This document shows positions 1-11,177 of a stretch of DNA of 64,000 nt, piece by piece. The notes beneath the pieces are model-generated. The model saw only the letters and a list, made by a program, of their open reading frames with translations, made no database searches and had not been told where the DNA came from. Position 1 is the first letter of the stretch; the number at the start of each line of letters is the position of its first letter. The stretch is from an uncultured Methanosarcinales archaeon (lineage in GTDB: Archaea; Nanobdellota; Nanobdellia; Woesearchaeales; JAGVZT01), in assembly GCA_964444505.1 (NCBI GenBank), contig CAYUHF010000007.1:6720-70719 (forward strand), in the 5' to 3' direction. The position numbers and the translations under genes were made by a program.

Positions 1-690
1 CATGGAATGTATCTGGACTGGTCAAAGACCAATTTTGTACTTGGTTCTCTGGAGGATGAGATAAAGTGTCTTGCACGTTATGTTGATATTATCATGGCGC
101 GTGTTTACAAGAACAAGGATATTTTGGATATGGCAGAGGCCTCTTCTGTTCCTGTGATAAATGGTTTGTGTGACATGTATCATCCCTGCCAGATACTTGC
201 TGATCTGATGACCATGAAGGAGAAGCTTAAAGGATTTCCTGACATAAAGGTAGCTTATGTCGGTGATGGCAATAATGTTTGCAACAGTCTTATTATCGGA
301 TGCAGCAAACTTGGAATAAGTATTGCAGTTGCTACACCTGAGGGTTATGAACCTGATTTGGATAAATGGAAATATGTGTTGACTAATGATCCTGGAGCAG
401 CTGTAAAAGGTGCTGATGTAATCTATACTGACACCTGGATTTCAATGGGTCAGGAAGATGAAAAAAACAAGCGTATGAAGGTTTTCCCTCCTTACCAGGT
501 GAACATGGCACTGGTTGGGAAGGCAAAAAAGCATGTTATTGTGATGCACTGTCTTCCTGCACACAGGGGTTATGAGATTAGTGATGAGGTAATTGACTCT
601 GAAAAATCTGTTGTGTTTGATGAGGCAGAGAACCGTTTGCATGTGCAGAAAGCGCTATTGCTAGAATTAACTAGAAAAAACCTTACTTAG
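1..690 (+). CDS. argF: ornithine carbamoyltransferase, 5'-truncated by window edge
   Basis: Carbamoyltransferase fold with HPCQ..LADL and C-terminal HCLP motifs. The reading frame is open to position 1, so the N-terminal ~100 aa lie upstream of the window. Confidence 0.85.
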   Translation, partial: HGMYLDWSKTNFVLGSLEDEIKCLARYVDIIMARVYKNKDILDMAEASSVPVINGLCDMYHPCQILADLMTMKEKLKGFPDIKVAYVGDGNNVCNSLIIGCSKLGISIAVATPEGYEPDLDKWKYVLTNDPGAAVKGADVIYTDTWISMGQEDEKNKRMKVFPPYQVNMALVGKAKKHVIVMHCLPAHRGYEISDEVIDSEKSVVFDEAENRLHVQKALLLELTRKNLT

Positions 691-1657
691 AAATCTCCAT
701 TACCATACAATCTGTAGGGCTTGTTATGACCACTCCCTTTTTATTGAATTCCTCTTCATTCTTGACCCACAGGTGTCTATATACGAGCTGCATAAAAAAA
801 TTGTGCTGATGGCGAACTCTTGTACTTTGTGATGCTCTTTCTGACAACCACACAAGAAAGTCAAAATCAACCCTGTAGGTAATATCTGTAGTGTATAGTT
901 CAGGCACGGGTCCTCCAAAATCTACATAGTATTTTTCACCAAAATGTGCTGGGTGTTCTTCATCTCTTTGTTCAAAGATTGTAGGGGTCTGAAGATAACC
1001 ATAATCAATTACCATGATTCTTCCTTTTTTTAATACTCTGTACATCTCTGAAAGAACAATTGGAGCAAGTTGTGATACGGAAACCACTCCTTTCCTATCT
1101 GGTCTGCTTTGTCTTAGAAATGTTTCGTAAAGCTCAACAAAGCTATCTCTCTCTGTTGGTTTGAAAACATATTCGGGTGACTCCTCAAGCTCAATATATG
1201 CTTCTCCTGTAATCCTTGCTTCATCAATCCTAAATACCCTGCATGGCAGTGCATCAAAAAGTTCATTAGAAAAGATAACTCCATCAACACATTCATCTTT
1301 TAAAGGCAAATACTCTGCATTGGCCTGTAGTGTGTTTTCACCCTGTTTTGCCAGCAGATGTTTGGAGGCGTCTATTGAAACATAGTTACCTTCCGAAAAT
1401 CTCTGATAATTCTTTTTGAATTTCCCGTTACCCCCTCCAATTTCCAAAAAATCTTCATGAAGAAAATTATCCTGAATGTATAATGACAGCAATCTTGCAA
1501 AAAGAGGATGTCTGGAATGGGTTGTGAAGTCTCCTCCTTCTCTTATTCGCACATGCTCGTAGAAACCTTCTTCAGGGTTGAACAGGTTCTCCTGCATGTA
1601 TTCATCAAACCTAAGACTTCCACCTGCAGACTGCAATAATGTTACTAGTCTTTCCAT
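683..1657 (-). CDS. class I SAM-dependent methyltransferase, MidA/NDUFAF7-like (DUF185)
   Basis: Glycine-rich EIGGGNGKF motif with MidA-like length and architecture. The start is taken at MERLV, although the ORF extends to 1705. There is an 8-nt tail-to-tail overlap with argF. Confidence 0.55.
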   Translation of the reverse strand: MERLVTLLQSAGGSLRFDEYMQENLFNPEEGFYEHVRIREGGDFTTHSRHPLFARLLSLYIQDNFLHEDFLEIGGGNGKFKKNYQRFSEGNYVSIDASKHLLAKQGENTLQANAEYLPLKDECVDGVIFSNELFDALPCRVFRIDEARITGEAYIELEESPEYVFKPTERDSFVELYETFLRQSRPDRKGVVSVSQLAPIVLSEMYRVLKKGRIMVIDYGYLQTPTIFEQRDEEHPAHFGEKYYVDFGGPVPELYTTDITYRVDFDFLVWLSERASQSTRVRHQHNFFMQLVYRHLWVKNEEEFNKKGVVITSPTDCMVMEISK

Positions 1658-1750
1658 GATTGTCTTGAAAAGCGCTGAATATTTAACTCTTACTAAAAGT
1701 ACCACTTAACAATAGAAAAATATATATAGGTCTTTTTTTAGATTGCTTTT

Positions 1751-2488
1751 ATGGTTGAAGATATTGTTGAGCAATTATTAGTGCACAATGTTCGTGAAAT
1801 ACCATGCAGATTTGTGAATTCAAGGGTTTTTAGATATAAGCTTGGCCTTGTTGATAAAGTAAAATGCAGACCGTCAGAAAAGGTGGACACAAGGCCGGAA
1901 GATATTGCAGCAGTTGCAGGAGAATATGTTATTGATGTTCCTGTTTTGTCCCGCAAGCAGAAACCCAGGCACATTAATTACCCTTCTGCTAATCTTTGTG
2001 AAATGTCTATCCCTGAGGTTGTAGAGTATGATCTTGACTATGAAGAGGTGGCAAGGAGATTTTTAGAACAAGAATATCCCGTGCCCGCAACTCTTGTAGC
2101 AAAATTCACAAGGGGTTCTCCCAACTATTTAACTCCTCATGTGCTGAGTCCAAGATATGATCCGATAAGAGAATACATGCCTTTGTTTTTTTCTGATGAA
2201 ATAGACCTAGTTGATCGGGAACTTAAGCTTTGGGAAAGACTCAAACAGGTAGAGGTCAGAGTTGATTTTGGGTACAACCCATATGATCATGCCAGAACAA
2301 AAAGAGAAGCCATTGCAAATGTTTTCAATGGTTTTAGCGGTTTTTTCAGGGGATTTTTTTCCAAAAAGACTATTCAAACTCTTTATTCAGCTGCTCAGCA
2401 TGATCCTGAAGTAAGAGAGATTGTTCTGGATAAGATAGATGACTGGTGGGATTTCAGTGTTTTCAGAGGTTCCAATGAAAGTACCTGA
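1751..2488 (+). CDS. hypothetical protein
   Basis: 245-aa ORF with no recognisable motif. Its operon partner 2475..2891 overlaps it. Confidence 0.45.
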   Translation: MVEDIVEQLLVHNVREIPCRFVNSRVFRYKLGLVDKVKCRPSEKVDTRPEDIAAVAGEYVIDVPVLSRKQKPRHINYPSANLCEMSIPEVVEYDLDYEEVARRFLEQEYPVPATLVAKFTRGSPNYLTPHVLSPRYDPIREYMPLFFSDEIDLVDRELKLWERLKQVEVRVDFGYNPYDHARTKREAIANVFNGFSGFFRGFFSKKTIQTLYSAAQHDPEVREIVLDKIDDWWDFSVFRGSNEST

Positions 2489-2891
2489 TAAATTAGGAAA
2501 TGTTCTGGAGTATTTTGTAGATTACAAGCGTGCAAAGCAGGAAGGAGAATTAAGTGAATTCTATCTTCAAATATTTATTCAGAGGCGCGATGATTACATG
2601 GATGAACTCCCTGAGCAAGATGTAAGAAATTCTGTTTCCATTGATGAAAATGGACACTTTGTGGAACTTGCCTACAAATGCAGAGGTCATTATATAATTG
2701 GTTTGTGTTTCCAGCTTCAGTCTGCAGTCAGGGATGGAGTTATCAAAGATGGTAGTCTGATCAGCAGAATTCAGGAGCTCGGCCATCATGATTTCAGGTT
2801 TCATCACGGGGAGTTTACTACACCTGATGAGATTGATATGATGAATAGTGTTCTGGATGATGTAATTGAGTATCTTGATGTTTCCGAATAG
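2475..2891 (+). CDS. hypothetical acidic protein
   Basis: Start taken at MKVPDKL, overlapping the upstream stop by 14 nt. No motif recognised. Confidence 0.4.
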   Translation: MKVPDKLGNVLEYFVDYKRAKQEGELSEFYLQIFIQRRDDYMDELPEQDVRNSVSIDENGHFVELAYKCRGHYIIGLCFQLQSAVRDGVIKDGSLISRIQELGHHDFRFHHGEFTTPDEIDMMNSVLDDVIEYLDVSE

Positions 2892-2914
2892 GTTTTTGTA
2901 ACCGATACATTTAT

Positions 2915-2975
2915 ATAGAACTGGTTGTTTACTTTTGGTTAGAAATCTGAATAAAAAAATAACGGAGGGGTTAAT
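2915..2975 (+). promoter_or_regulatory. putative thermosome promoter (TATA-like tttatata) plus Shine-Dalgarno GGAGGGG 7 nt upstream of the ATG
   Basis: The sequence catttatatagaac lies ~50 bp upstream of the start, and ggagggg sits directly before the ATG at 2976. Confidence 0.4.
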
Positions 2976-4616
2976 ATGCCACAAAATGTACAACCTATAT
3001 TTATACTGCCGGAGGACTCTCAGAGAACTACTGGTAGAAATGCGCAAAGAACAAATATTATGGCTGCTGAAGCAGTAGCCGAGACCGTCAGAACAACTCT
3101 TGGTCCAAAAGGAATGGACAAGATGCTTGTTGATTCTCTTGGAGATGTTGTTGTGACAAATGATGGTGTAACAATTCTAAAGGAGATGAGTATTGAGCAC
3201 CCATCAGCAAAGATGATTGTTGAGGTTGCTAAAACTCAGGAAGATGAAGTTGGTGACGGAACAACCACAGCTGTTGTGCTGGCTGGTGAACTTCTAAAAA
3301 AAGCAGAAGACCTGCTGGAAAAAGATATTCACCCTACTGTACTTGTCAAAGGGTACAACATGGCAGCAGAAAAGGCACAGGTTGTCCTAAACAACATTGC
3401 AAAAGATGTGTCAACAGATGACACAGATCTTCTAAGAAAGATTGCAATGACTGCCATGACAGGTAAGGGAGCTGAAGCTAACAAGGGCAAGCTTGCTGAA
3501 CTGATTGTCAGAGCTGTAAAGCAGGTTGCAGATGAAGAGAATGGCAATATTGTGATTGACATTGACAATATCAAGATTGAAAAGAAAGTTGGTTCTGGGG
3601 TGGAGGACACTGAACTTGTTGAAGGTCTTATTCTTGACAAGGAAAGGGTTCATCCAGGAATGCCACGGATTGTGAAGGATGCAAAGATTGCTTTGCTGAA
3701 TGCACCTGTGGAGATAAAAAACCCTGAGACAGAGGCAAAGATCCAGATAACAGACCCGACCCAGATGCAGTCATTCCTGTCACAGGAAGAAGGCATGCTG
3801 AGAAAGATGGTCGAGAAGATTGCTGATTCTGGAGCAGATGTTGTCTTCTGCCAGAAGGGTATTGACGACATTGCACAGCACTTCCTTTCCAAAAAAGGAA
3901 TCTATGCACTAAGAAGAGTTAAAAAGAGCGACATGCAGCTTCTTGCAAGAGCAACAGGAGGAAATGTTGTCTCAAACATTGAAGACCTTGAAAAAGAAGA
4001 CCTTGGTTTTGCAGGTATTATTGAGGAAAAGAAGGTCGGAGATGAGCACATGACTTATGTCAGGGACTGCAAGAATCCAAAGTCGGTGACTATTCTTGTG
4101 AGAGGAGGAACAGAGCATGTTGTTGCTGAAGTAAAGAGGGCAATGGATGATGCTGTAGGCGGTGTTGCTTCTGCTCTTGTGGGCGGAAGAGTTGTGGCTG
4201 GTGCAGGTGCTCCTGAGATGGAGGTTGCAAGAAACCTAAGAAAGTTCTCAGAGAGTTTATCAGGAAGAGAACAGCTTGCTGTTGATGCATTTGCTGATGC
4301 AATGGAGATTATTCCAAGAACATTGGCTGAAAATGCTGGGCTTGACCCTATTGACATCTTGACTGACCTGAAGTCAGAGCATGACAAGGGCAACAAATGG
4401 CATGGTGTTGATGTGTTTGAGAAAAAGGTTGTTGATTCCTGGAAAGCAGGAGTTATTGAGCCTTTGAAAATCAAGACACAGGCAATAAAATCTGCCTCAG
4501 AAGTTGCAACTATGATCTTAAGAATTGATGATGTTATTGCATCTTCGGGATCAGGCAGAGACCAACCACAAATGCCTCCAGGAGGCATGGGTGGAATGGG
4601 CGGAATGCCCTATTAA
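2976..4616 (+). CDS. ths: thermosome subunit (group II chaperonin)
   Basis: 546 aa with a GDGTTT ATP-binding motif and the typical C-terminal GGMGGMGGM tail. Confidence 0.95.
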   Translation: MPQNVQPIFILPEDSQRTTGRNAQRTNIMAAEAVAETVRTTLGPKGMDKMLVDSLGDVVVTNDGVTILKEMSIEHPSAKMIVEVAKTQEDEVGDGTTTAVVLAGELLKKAEDLLEKDIHPTVLVKGYNMAAEKAQVVLNNIAKDVSTDDTDLLRKIAMTAMTGKGAEANKGKLAELIVRAVKQVADEENGNIVIDIDNIKIEKKVGSGVEDTELVEGLILDKERVHPGMPRIVKDAKIALLNAPVEIKNPETEAKIQITDPTQMQSFLSQEEGMLRKMVEKIADSGADVVFCQKGIDDIAQHFLSKKGIYALRRVKKSDMQLLARATGGNVVSNIEDLEKEDLGFAGIIEEKKVGDEHMTYVRDCKNPKSVTILVRGGTEHVVAEVKRAMDDAVGGVASALVGGRVVAGAGAPEMEVARNLRKFSESLSGREQLAVDAFADAMEIIPRTLAENAGLDPIDILTDLKSEHDKGNKWHGVDVFEKKVVDSWKAGVIEPLKIKTQAIKSASEVATMILRIDDVIASSGSGRDQPQMPPGGMGGMGGMPY

Positions 4617-4640
4617 CTTTTTTCTTTTTTTCCATAATTC
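4617..4640 (+). terminator. oligo-T tract (archaeal-type terminator) after the thermosome gene
   Basis: ttttttctttttttcc lies immediately after the stop codon. Confidence 0.3.
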
Positions 4641-4669
4641 TTATATACTTTCTAATCATTACCAAAGTT

Positions 4670-5152
4670 ATGGGAATACTTGATCCAATTAAAAGATTCT
4701 TCGTGCCTTCAGGGATGAACCAACCATATGATGATCTGACAAGAAAAATAATGAGCGAGAAACCTGTACCCTCATCTGGTAATTTAGAAAAAATTGCGAA
4801 GACTGCTTATGACCTTGTCAACTTAATGTCTGATTTAATAAATATTGCAAACTCTTCTCATAATGACAAGAGAGAATCAGCTTTTATAAGGATTTCTGCT
4901 ATTGCATATGAGCGAGCAACAGAGCTTGATAAATTAATGAAGACCCTCAAAAGACAAGTTGGTGATAAAAAATGGAGAAAAATCTCAGAGTTCACAGCAT
5001 ACTCAAAACCAGTGAATCCTGTATTTAAGGGCTTTTCAAAGATAAATGATAGTGAAAAAGTTTTCAACACACTAATTAATTATATTGGATTATTTGAAAC
5101 AATAGAGGGAATGGCAAACTCTTTTCTTAAGTATATCCAGAACAATTCATAA
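4670..5152 (+). CDS. hypothetical protein
   Basis: 160-aa ORF preceded by ttatata. No recognisable domain. Confidence 0.45.
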   Translation: MGILDPIKRFFVPSGMNQPYDDLTRKIMSEKPVPSSGNLEKIAKTAYDLVNLMSDLINIANSSHNDKRESAFIRISAIAYERATELDKLMKTLKRQVGDKKWRKISEFTAYSKPVNPVFKGFSKINDSEKVFNTLINYIGLFETIEGMANSFLKYIQNNS

Positions 5153-5192
5153 TTCCCAAATATTTATATACCAAATTTGGATTATTTTTTAT

Positions 5193-6860
5193 ATGGATGA
5201 ACTAATCAGAAAATATGCACTGCATAATGCCATCAGATATAATGGAAAGGCTAATGTGGGAGCGGTTATTGGCAAGGTGTTTTCTGAAAAGAAAGTAGAC
5301 GATCCAAAAAAGCTTTCCCAAAAGGTTAGGGATGTTATTTCTGAGATCAACAAGATGGATGTCAAGGACCAGGTTGCTGAGCTAAAAGAGATTGCGCCTG
5401 AGCTTCTTGAAAAACCTGACACAAAGGAAAAAAAGGAATTACCTGAGCTTCCAAATGCTAGGGTAGGAGAGGTTGTCACGAGGATTCCTCCTGAACCAAG
5501 TAAATATAATCATATTGGTCATGCTTTGAGTTTTCTTATTAACTACATGTATTCAAAAAAATACAAAGGCGAGTGCATCATAAGGTTTGAAGATACTAAT
5601 CCTCTAAAGGCAAAGCAGGAGTATGTTGATGCCATGAAACAGGATGTTATGGAGTATCTTGATATCAAACCTGACAAGATTATTTTTGCTTCTGACAATC
5701 TTGAAAAATTGTACGGATATGCTGAACACCTGATCAAAAACCAGAAAGCATATGTGTGCAGCTGTCCCCAGGCCAAGATGAGAAGATTGAGGCATGAGGG
5801 TGTAGGGTGTGAGTGCAGGGAAAAGCCTCATGAGTTTAATATGAGGCAATGGGAAAACATGAAGGACAGAAAGTATCAGGAAGGTGAGGTTGTCTTGAGA
5901 CTTAAGGGTGATATGGAATCAGAGAATCATGTTATGAGGGATCCTGTAATTTTCCGACTTGTTTACAAAGAGCATTACAGACAGGGTAAAAAATACTGTG
6001 TATGGCCAATGTATGATTTTGAAAATGCTGTTGAGGATTCAACAAATGGAGTTACTCATATTCTAAGAAGTAATGAGTTTGGTACTATGAGAATTGAGCT
6101 CCAGAATTATATCAAGGATTTGCTTAAGATTCCAAAGCAGGAGATCATTCATTATGGCAGGTTCAATATTATTGGTGCCACAACAAAGGGAAGGGAAATT
6201 AGAGAAAAGATTGAGAACAAGGAAGTGATTGGCTGGGATGACCCAAGACTTGTCACACTAAGGGCTCTTAAGAGAAGGGGAATTGACAAGAGGACTTACT
6301 ATGATCTCGTTCACAAGTGGGGTCTGAACCTGAGTGAGACTAATGTTGACTGGGACCTTATTGCTGCAACCAACAGGCAGATTATTGACCCTGAGGTCAA
6401 CAGGTATTTTTTTGTTAATAATCCTGTAAAAATTAAGGTCAAAGGTGCACCTGACCAGATTGTAAAACTACCGCTGCATCCTGATTTTCCAGAACGAGGA
6501 GAGAGGAGTTTTTCAACCTCTGATGTTTTTTATATTGCCAGAAAAGACTATGACAGAATTGAGGATGGAAAACTCATAAGATTGATGGACTGCCTGAACT
6601 TCAGAAAGCAGGGAGAGGAGTTTGTTTTTGATTCTGTTGAGTACGAAAAGTACAGGAAAAAGGGCAAAATGATTATTCACTGGCTTCCTGTAAATCACAT
6701 CAAGGTGAATATTAGGATGCCTGATGCATCTATGATGTCTGGTATTGGTGAAGAGACCATGAAGCAGGTGGAGGAGGATGATGTTATTCAGGCTGCAAGG
6801 TTCGGATTTTTAAGATTGGACAATAAAAAAGATATGACTTTCTGGTATACTCATGATTAG
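5193..6860 (+). CDS. gltX: glutamyl-tRNA synthetase, archaeal type
   Basis: HIGH-type motif (NHIGHALSF) with archaeal/eukaryal GluRS architecture, 555 aa. Confidence 0.9.
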   Translation: MDELIRKYALHNAIRYNGKANVGAVIGKVFSEKKVDDPKKLSQKVRDVISEINKMDVKDQVAELKEIAPELLEKPDTKEKKELPELPNARVGEVVTRIPPEPSKYNHIGHALSFLINYMYSKKYKGECIIRFEDTNPLKAKQEYVDAMKQDVMEYLDIKPDKIIFASDNLEKLYGYAEHLIKNQKAYVCSCPQAKMRRLRHEGVGCECREKPHEFNMRQWENMKDRKYQEGEVVLRLKGDMESENHVMRDPVIFRLVYKEHYRQGKKYCVWPMYDFENAVEDSTNGVTHILRSNEFGTMRIELQNYIKDLLKIPKQEIIHYGRFNIIGATTKGREIREKIENKEVIGWDDPRLVTLRALKRRGIDKRTYYDLVHKWGLNLSETNVDWDLIAATNRQIIDPEVNRYFFVNNPVKIKVKGAPDQIVKLPLHPDFPERGERSFSTSDVFYIARKDYDRIEDGKLIRLMDCLNFRKQGEEFVFDSVEYEKYRKKGKMIIHWLPVNHIKVNIRMPDASMMSGIGEETMKQVEEDDVIQAARFGFLRLDNKKDMTFWYTHD

Positions 6861-8020
6861 TCCATAAGATGTTGTTCTTCTACTTTTGAGAAATATGCTG
6901 ATCCCAGTACTGCAATTCCTACCATCATAAAAGCTATACTAATGGATTTTTCCATGATCAGTCCGACTACCGGAAGAATCAAGGCCTGAAATAGTCTCTG
7001 AAAAACAGATATGGTTGATACTACTGTTGCCCTGTTTCCTGATTCAATGTATTTGTTCATGTAGCTCTGAAAAAGCACTTTTCTTGATAGCCCAAATCCA
7101 GAGATTAATACGAGCATTATGATCACAGGAACAAGATAACTGAATAATCCGATCAGAATGAATGCCAATCCTGGGATAATTGCACTCAGCAGAAGGTATT
7201 TCCTTTTTCCACCAATTGATTTTTCCAGCCAGCCAAAGCTGTTCATAAATATTATCTGGCTCCCGCTGATTGCTGCGTGTACAAAACCAAAGTATGCTAT
7301 TGGAACATTTATCTCCTTTAGAAGCGGCTGGTACATCCATATCATTGCAAAGCTTAGTGTGGATATTGCTATTGCATCAAACGAAAGTATCTGCAGTACC
7401 TTATGGTTTTTCAGATGGTGCCACCCTGACTTTACCATTTTGAGATATGATTCAGGCTTTTTTTCTACTTGTGGCTCTTTTAATGTAAGTGCAAGTATTC
7501 CTCCCAGTAAGAAGGGTACTGCCATAAACATCATTGTATATCTTAACCCAAAATAGTGTGCTATCAGGCTTCCTATGGGTGCTGCTGTCATAATCGCTAC
7601 CATTTCAAAAGTTCCAAGTCTTCCAAAGATTCTTTTTGATTTATCTTCCTGTCCAATCTGCTTTAATGTATCATAGACTAAGGCCTCAGTTGTTCCAGAA
7701 AAGAGTGCATTTGAGAATGCAAATAAGAACTCACCAATTATAAAAAGAAGCATTAGTGGATAGGAAGAGTAAATAACAGAAGCTACCGCTACAATAAGTG
7801 ATGCAAGGACTATTGTCTGCTTTCTTCCAAAATAGTCTGCCATTGCACCTGATGGAATTTCTAAAAACACAATAAATACTGAAAAAAGAGACTGCAAAAA
7901 TAATGCCTGGGAAACACTTATCTGTCCCCAGTCTGTAAAAAATATAACAAGCACACCTCCGATAAAATGAAAACTTCTAAGAAACCTAATCACATACATC
8001 TTCCAGATGTTTGATTTCAT
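6857..8020 (-). CDS. MFS transporter
   Basis: About 12 predicted TM segments with MFS-like loop motifs. Confidence 0.75.
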   Translation of the reverse strand: MKSNIWKMYVIRFLRSFHFIGGVLVIFFTDWGQISVSQALFLQSLFSVFIVFLEIPSGAMADYFGRKQTIVLASLIVAVASVIYSSYPLMLLFIIGEFLFAFSNALFSGTTEALVYDTLKQIGQEDKSKRIFGRLGTFEMVAIMTAAPIGSLIAHYFGLRYTMMFMAVPFLLGGILALTLKEPQVEKKPESYLKMVKSGWHHLKNHKVLQILSFDAIAISTLSFAMIWMYQPLLKEINVPIAYFGFVHAAISGSQIIFMNSFGWLEKSIGGKRKYLLLSAIIPGLAFILIGLFSYLVPVIIMLVLISGFGLSRKVLFQSYMNKYIESGNRATVVSTISVFQRLFQALILPVVGLIMEKSISIAFMMVGIAVLGSAYFSKVEEQHLMD

Positions 8021-9246
8021 AGAAACTCAACTGATGTGCTTTTGGTTCGGGTTTTTATGTACTTATTCTGTAAAACATCCTGGATTAGTTTTTCTGGTTC
8101 TGTATATTTTCTCTTGATTTCTGCAAAGATCCTGCCTTTTCTAACATAAGTTTCCTTGTGCTGCTCTTTGAATTTTTCAACGTGTCTTTTGTTTTTGAGC
8201 GGGGGTCCGGGGTGCTCCTTTATGATGTGGAGCTTTTTGTGGGGTACTATGTACCACAATATTCCCTTGTCTTTCCATTCCCATCCAGAATCAATTATTT
8301 TAAAATCATGGGATTTGAGCTGGTGCTTGATGTACTGGTAGGATTTCATGAGTTTTGCTCCCACAACATCTTTTTTGCCTTCTACTGGCTCTGCTTCTAT
8401 GTATATTAGTCTATTCTGTTTTGCTTTTTCCAACAGAGCTTGTTTTGTTAGTTCTTCTTTGTGAAAAAAATCTTTAGATGGGTCTTTAAGAAAATCTTTT
8501 GCTCGCGTTTTGAATTTTTTGAATTTTTTCATTGTCAGTGCTGCAGCTGCGTTTCTGTCTGGCTGTATTGGGTCTATTAAAATAAGCGGGCTTCTTTTGG
8601 ATTTGTTTATTTTTGTGCCATGGTTTTCAGGGTCAATTCTTGTGTATGGTTCCCAGTCCTGGGATGCTTTAAGCAGTTCCATAAAACCACCATAGTGGAT
8701 TGTAAGTATGTCCACAACATGTCCAGAGAATCCTCCAATATATGATTCTGCTCCATAGAGTCTGTTTGCTTTCATGAACTTTTTTGTGAGAATTATCTGG
8801 TCAATTAATTCAGGGTGGCTGGCGGTTTTTCTTTTTACCCAGTTTACGTGAAGTGGTGATGCGTCTGTTACATTTTCTGCCTGTTCAGGGCTTTTAATAT
8901 CAAGTACTGGTACAACCTCAAAATTAATTCCCTTATATTTAAATTTAAAGTAGTCTCTTGATCCTGGAACTCTTTTTGGTTCAAAGTTTTCCAAAACTTT
9001 TTCCAGTAAGATAGAAAGGTCTTCTTTTCTGTAGCTGTAATCAAACTGTGCAAAAAGGTCAACATCAAAGTCTCCCTTAAGCATTGTTCCTTTTGCTGCT
9101 GAGCCGCCAAGTGCAATTTTTGCATTAATGTTTTTTGTCTCAAAAGACATATCAATTTCCGAGATTACTTCTTCTACATTACCCAGTAGAATTTCTTTTT
9201 CCTTTTGGGATAGCTTGTTTTCTGTAATTATCTTTTGAAAATCCAT
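8017..9246 (-). CDS. cca: CCA-adding tRNA nucleotidyltransferase (archaeal class I)
   Basis: LGGSAAKGTMLKGDFDVDLF nucleotidyltransferase motif; 409 aa. Confidence 0.85.
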   Translation of the reverse strand: MDFQKIITENKLSQKEKEILLGNVEEVISEIDMSFETKNINAKIALGGSAAKGTMLKGDFDVDLFAQFDYSYRKEDLSILLEKVLENFEPKRVPGSRDYFKFKYKGINFEVVPVLDIKSPEQAENVTDASPLHVNWVKRKTASHPELIDQIILTKKFMKANRLYGAESYIGGFSGHVVDILTIHYGGFMELLKASQDWEPYTRIDPENHGTKINKSKRSPLILIDPIQPDRNAAAALTMKKFKKFKTRAKDFLKDPSKDFFHKEELTKQALLEKAKQNRLIYIEAEPVEGKKDVVGAKLMKSYQYIKHQLKSHDFKIIDSGWEWKDKGILWYIVPHKKLHIIKEHPGPPLKNKRHVEKFKEQHKETYVRKGRIFAEIKRKYTEPEKLIQDVLQNKYIKTRTKSTSVEFL

Positions 9247-9284
9247 AAAGTGTTCTGATAAGAATTAGTATAAAAAATTATCCC

Positions 9285-10670
9285 CTAGACTATGTACTTC
9301 CACCAGTTATTGTAGATTCCGTGTGTCTGACCTGGTTTTGTCGGGATGTGTCCAAGCCACCATTTCATGTAGCCATACTGGTTGCATCCCCATTCTGTAC
9401 AATCTATTGTTTTTTTGTCTCCAGTAAGGTCAGGATAATTATACCAGTCATCACAGTCTGACTCTACTTGTGCTGACCCTGTGTTGTATTCATAGTGGCA
9501 CTTTGCTGTGGGCGGGAAATGACAGTTACCGCAGTTTGCTTCTGGTTGAACTGGAGGCATATCATCACAGGCCCCGTAATTATATCTGTAGTAGTTTCCG
9601 TCAAAATCCTGCCAGAGTGCTGGCTGAAAATTCCTCATTGTCCCTTCTACTCTGTGACCCATATCATGAAGCATCTCTGTTACGCTTCTTTCATAATTAT
9701 ATCCCATGATGTGAAGTGGTTCTGTGCACGATGTGTCATCTATGACGGGCCCGTTTGTCCACCATGCATCTGGACCTGTCATGCAGGCTTCATAAAAACC
9801 AAAGTAAGGACCTCCAAACAGCCAAATTTCATCAACATTTCTTTCACATAAATCATAAGTCTCAATAACCCAGTTGTAATCCATGATATCTGCATCATGG
9901 CAGTTATCTCTCTCCTGCATACAATCCAGATATGTACTATCTGTGTACTGAAACCCGTCATTTTTTAAAGGAAAAAAGTCATATTCATCTTTTGATTGAA
10001 CAATATAGTTCACATAACCACCAGTTATCTCATTCATGTCGTCCATGTATTGGCTGATAAGTTCGTCAGGCTCATTCCAGCCATATAAAGATATCAGGTC
10101 ACCTGAATGCGACTCAATGTAAGGATTAAAGATTATTACTGCCACTTTCACATCTGCTATTTCTCCTTCATCATTGTTATCTTGATGATTAGGAAGGTCC
10201 GCAAGTGGGTAAGAAAGCAAGGCGCCTCGATTCACACCTCTGAGTGCATATTCAATCCTATTAATCCTGGATTCGAAACACAAAACATGCGGACTTGGTA
10301 TTCTCAGATCCTTAACTGTATGTGCTGACTCGAATTTACCATCTCTATAGAAGTAGATATTTTTTCCAGTACTGTAACTTTGTTCTGCATAAGGCATATC
10401 ATTAAAATCAGGATCTCCAGCCAAGTCTGCCATGCATACCTTGGTGGTCTTTGAAGGTATAGTTATTGAATACTTCTTAACTGAGCCAAAACTGGATTTT
10501 GAAATTTCAACACTTTCAGCAAGCTTTTTATTGAACTTTATTATCTGGGCCTGATGCGAACTTTCGAGCATGCCTTTTATTACCATATTGCCAAAGATAA
10601 CCACTATTGCAATAATTATGATGGACAGAATAAAAACTATTATTGTAGAGTTAATCTGGCCTCTTTTCAT
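9285..10670 (-). CDS. secreted Cys/Trp-rich protein with type IV pilin-like (class III) signal peptide
   Basis: The N-terminus is MKRGQ followed by a 22-aa hydrophobic stretch. The N-terminal 150 aa are paralogous to 11297..13120. The C-terminal domain is Cys-rich. Confidence 0.6.
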   Translation of the reverse strand: MKRGQINSTIIVFILSIIIIAIVVIFGNMVIKGMLESSHQAQIIKFNKKLAESVEISKSSFGSVKKYSITIPSKTTKVCMADLAGDPDFNDMPYAEQSYSTGKNIYFYRDGKFESAHTVKDLRIPSPHVLCFESRINRIEYALRGVNRGALLSYPLADLPNHQDNNDEGEIADVKVAVIIFNPYIESHSGDLISLYGWNEPDELISQYMDDMNEITGGYVNYIVQSKDEYDFFPLKNDGFQYTDSTYLDCMQERDNCHDADIMDYNWVIETYDLCERNVDEIWLFGGPYFGFYEACMTGPDAWWTNGPVIDDTSCTEPLHIMGYNYERSVTEMLHDMGHRVEGTMRNFQPALWQDFDGNYYRYNYGACDDMPPVQPEANCGNCHFPPTAKCHYEYNTGSAQVESDCDDWYNYPDLTGDKKTIDCTEWGCNQYGYMKWWLGHIPTKPGQTHGIYNNWWKYIV

Positions 10671-10694
10671 ACAGTTATAATAGTAGAATAGTAT

Positions 10695-11177
10695 TTAATA
10701 CTTATCCTGCTTGATGTTCATGATGTTTTCTTTTGCCTGCAGTTCCTTGAACCATGGCTCCAGCTGAATCTGGGGTTCTCTTTCAACAAATCTTTTAACA
10801 ATGGGAACTCCTTTTTCAAGAAGATTTGTGCAGTACCTGCTTGCCAGAAAAGTACTCATATTGGTCTTTGTGGCAATTTCCTCGTAGCTGAGGAAATCTT
10901 CTGATGTGTACAGGGCAAGAAAAACCTGTTTTTCTTTCTCACTTAGCTGAACTTCTCTGAGAGCATCTCTCACATACTCTAGCTCATCATCTGTGCAGAC
11001 CATCATAATTAACTCTTCGAGTTTTTCGTTTAATTTGTCAATTTTTCTCTCGAGTTTCTGGATGTATTCATAGTTGGCCTGGACTTCGTTTGTGTTCTGG
11101 TTTATTGAGTCAAGATGGTCATCCAGCTCTTCTTTTATTTTCTTGAATGTTCTTCTAAGTTTGGCTTCCCTCACCAT
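10695..11177 (-). CDS. putative transcriptional regulator (coiled-coil plus C-terminal winged HTH)
   Basis: The C-terminus (LSEKEKQVFLALY..SYEEIATKTNMSTFLASRYCTNLLEKGVPIV) resembles MarR/TrmB-like HTH. The gene lies between the two paralogous secreted-protein genes. Confidence 0.45.
   Translation of the reverse strand: MVREAKLRRTFKKIKEELDDHLDSINQNTNEVQANYEYIQKLERKIDKLNEKLEELIMMVCTDDELEYVRDALREVQLSEKEKQVFLALYTSEDFLSYEEIATKTNMSTFLASRYCTNLLEKGVPIVKRFVEREPQIQLEPWFKELQAKENIMNIKQDKY

Noticed and set aside
4055-4588. 177-aa minus-strand ORF inside the thermosome gene, and similar antisense ORFs (7158..7556 in the MFS gene, 9470..9851 in the 9285..10670 gene, 13472..14149 in the deoA gene, 20292..21542 in valS)
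   Set aside because: They are antisense to strongly supported conserved genes and are low-complexity. They are shadow ORFs.
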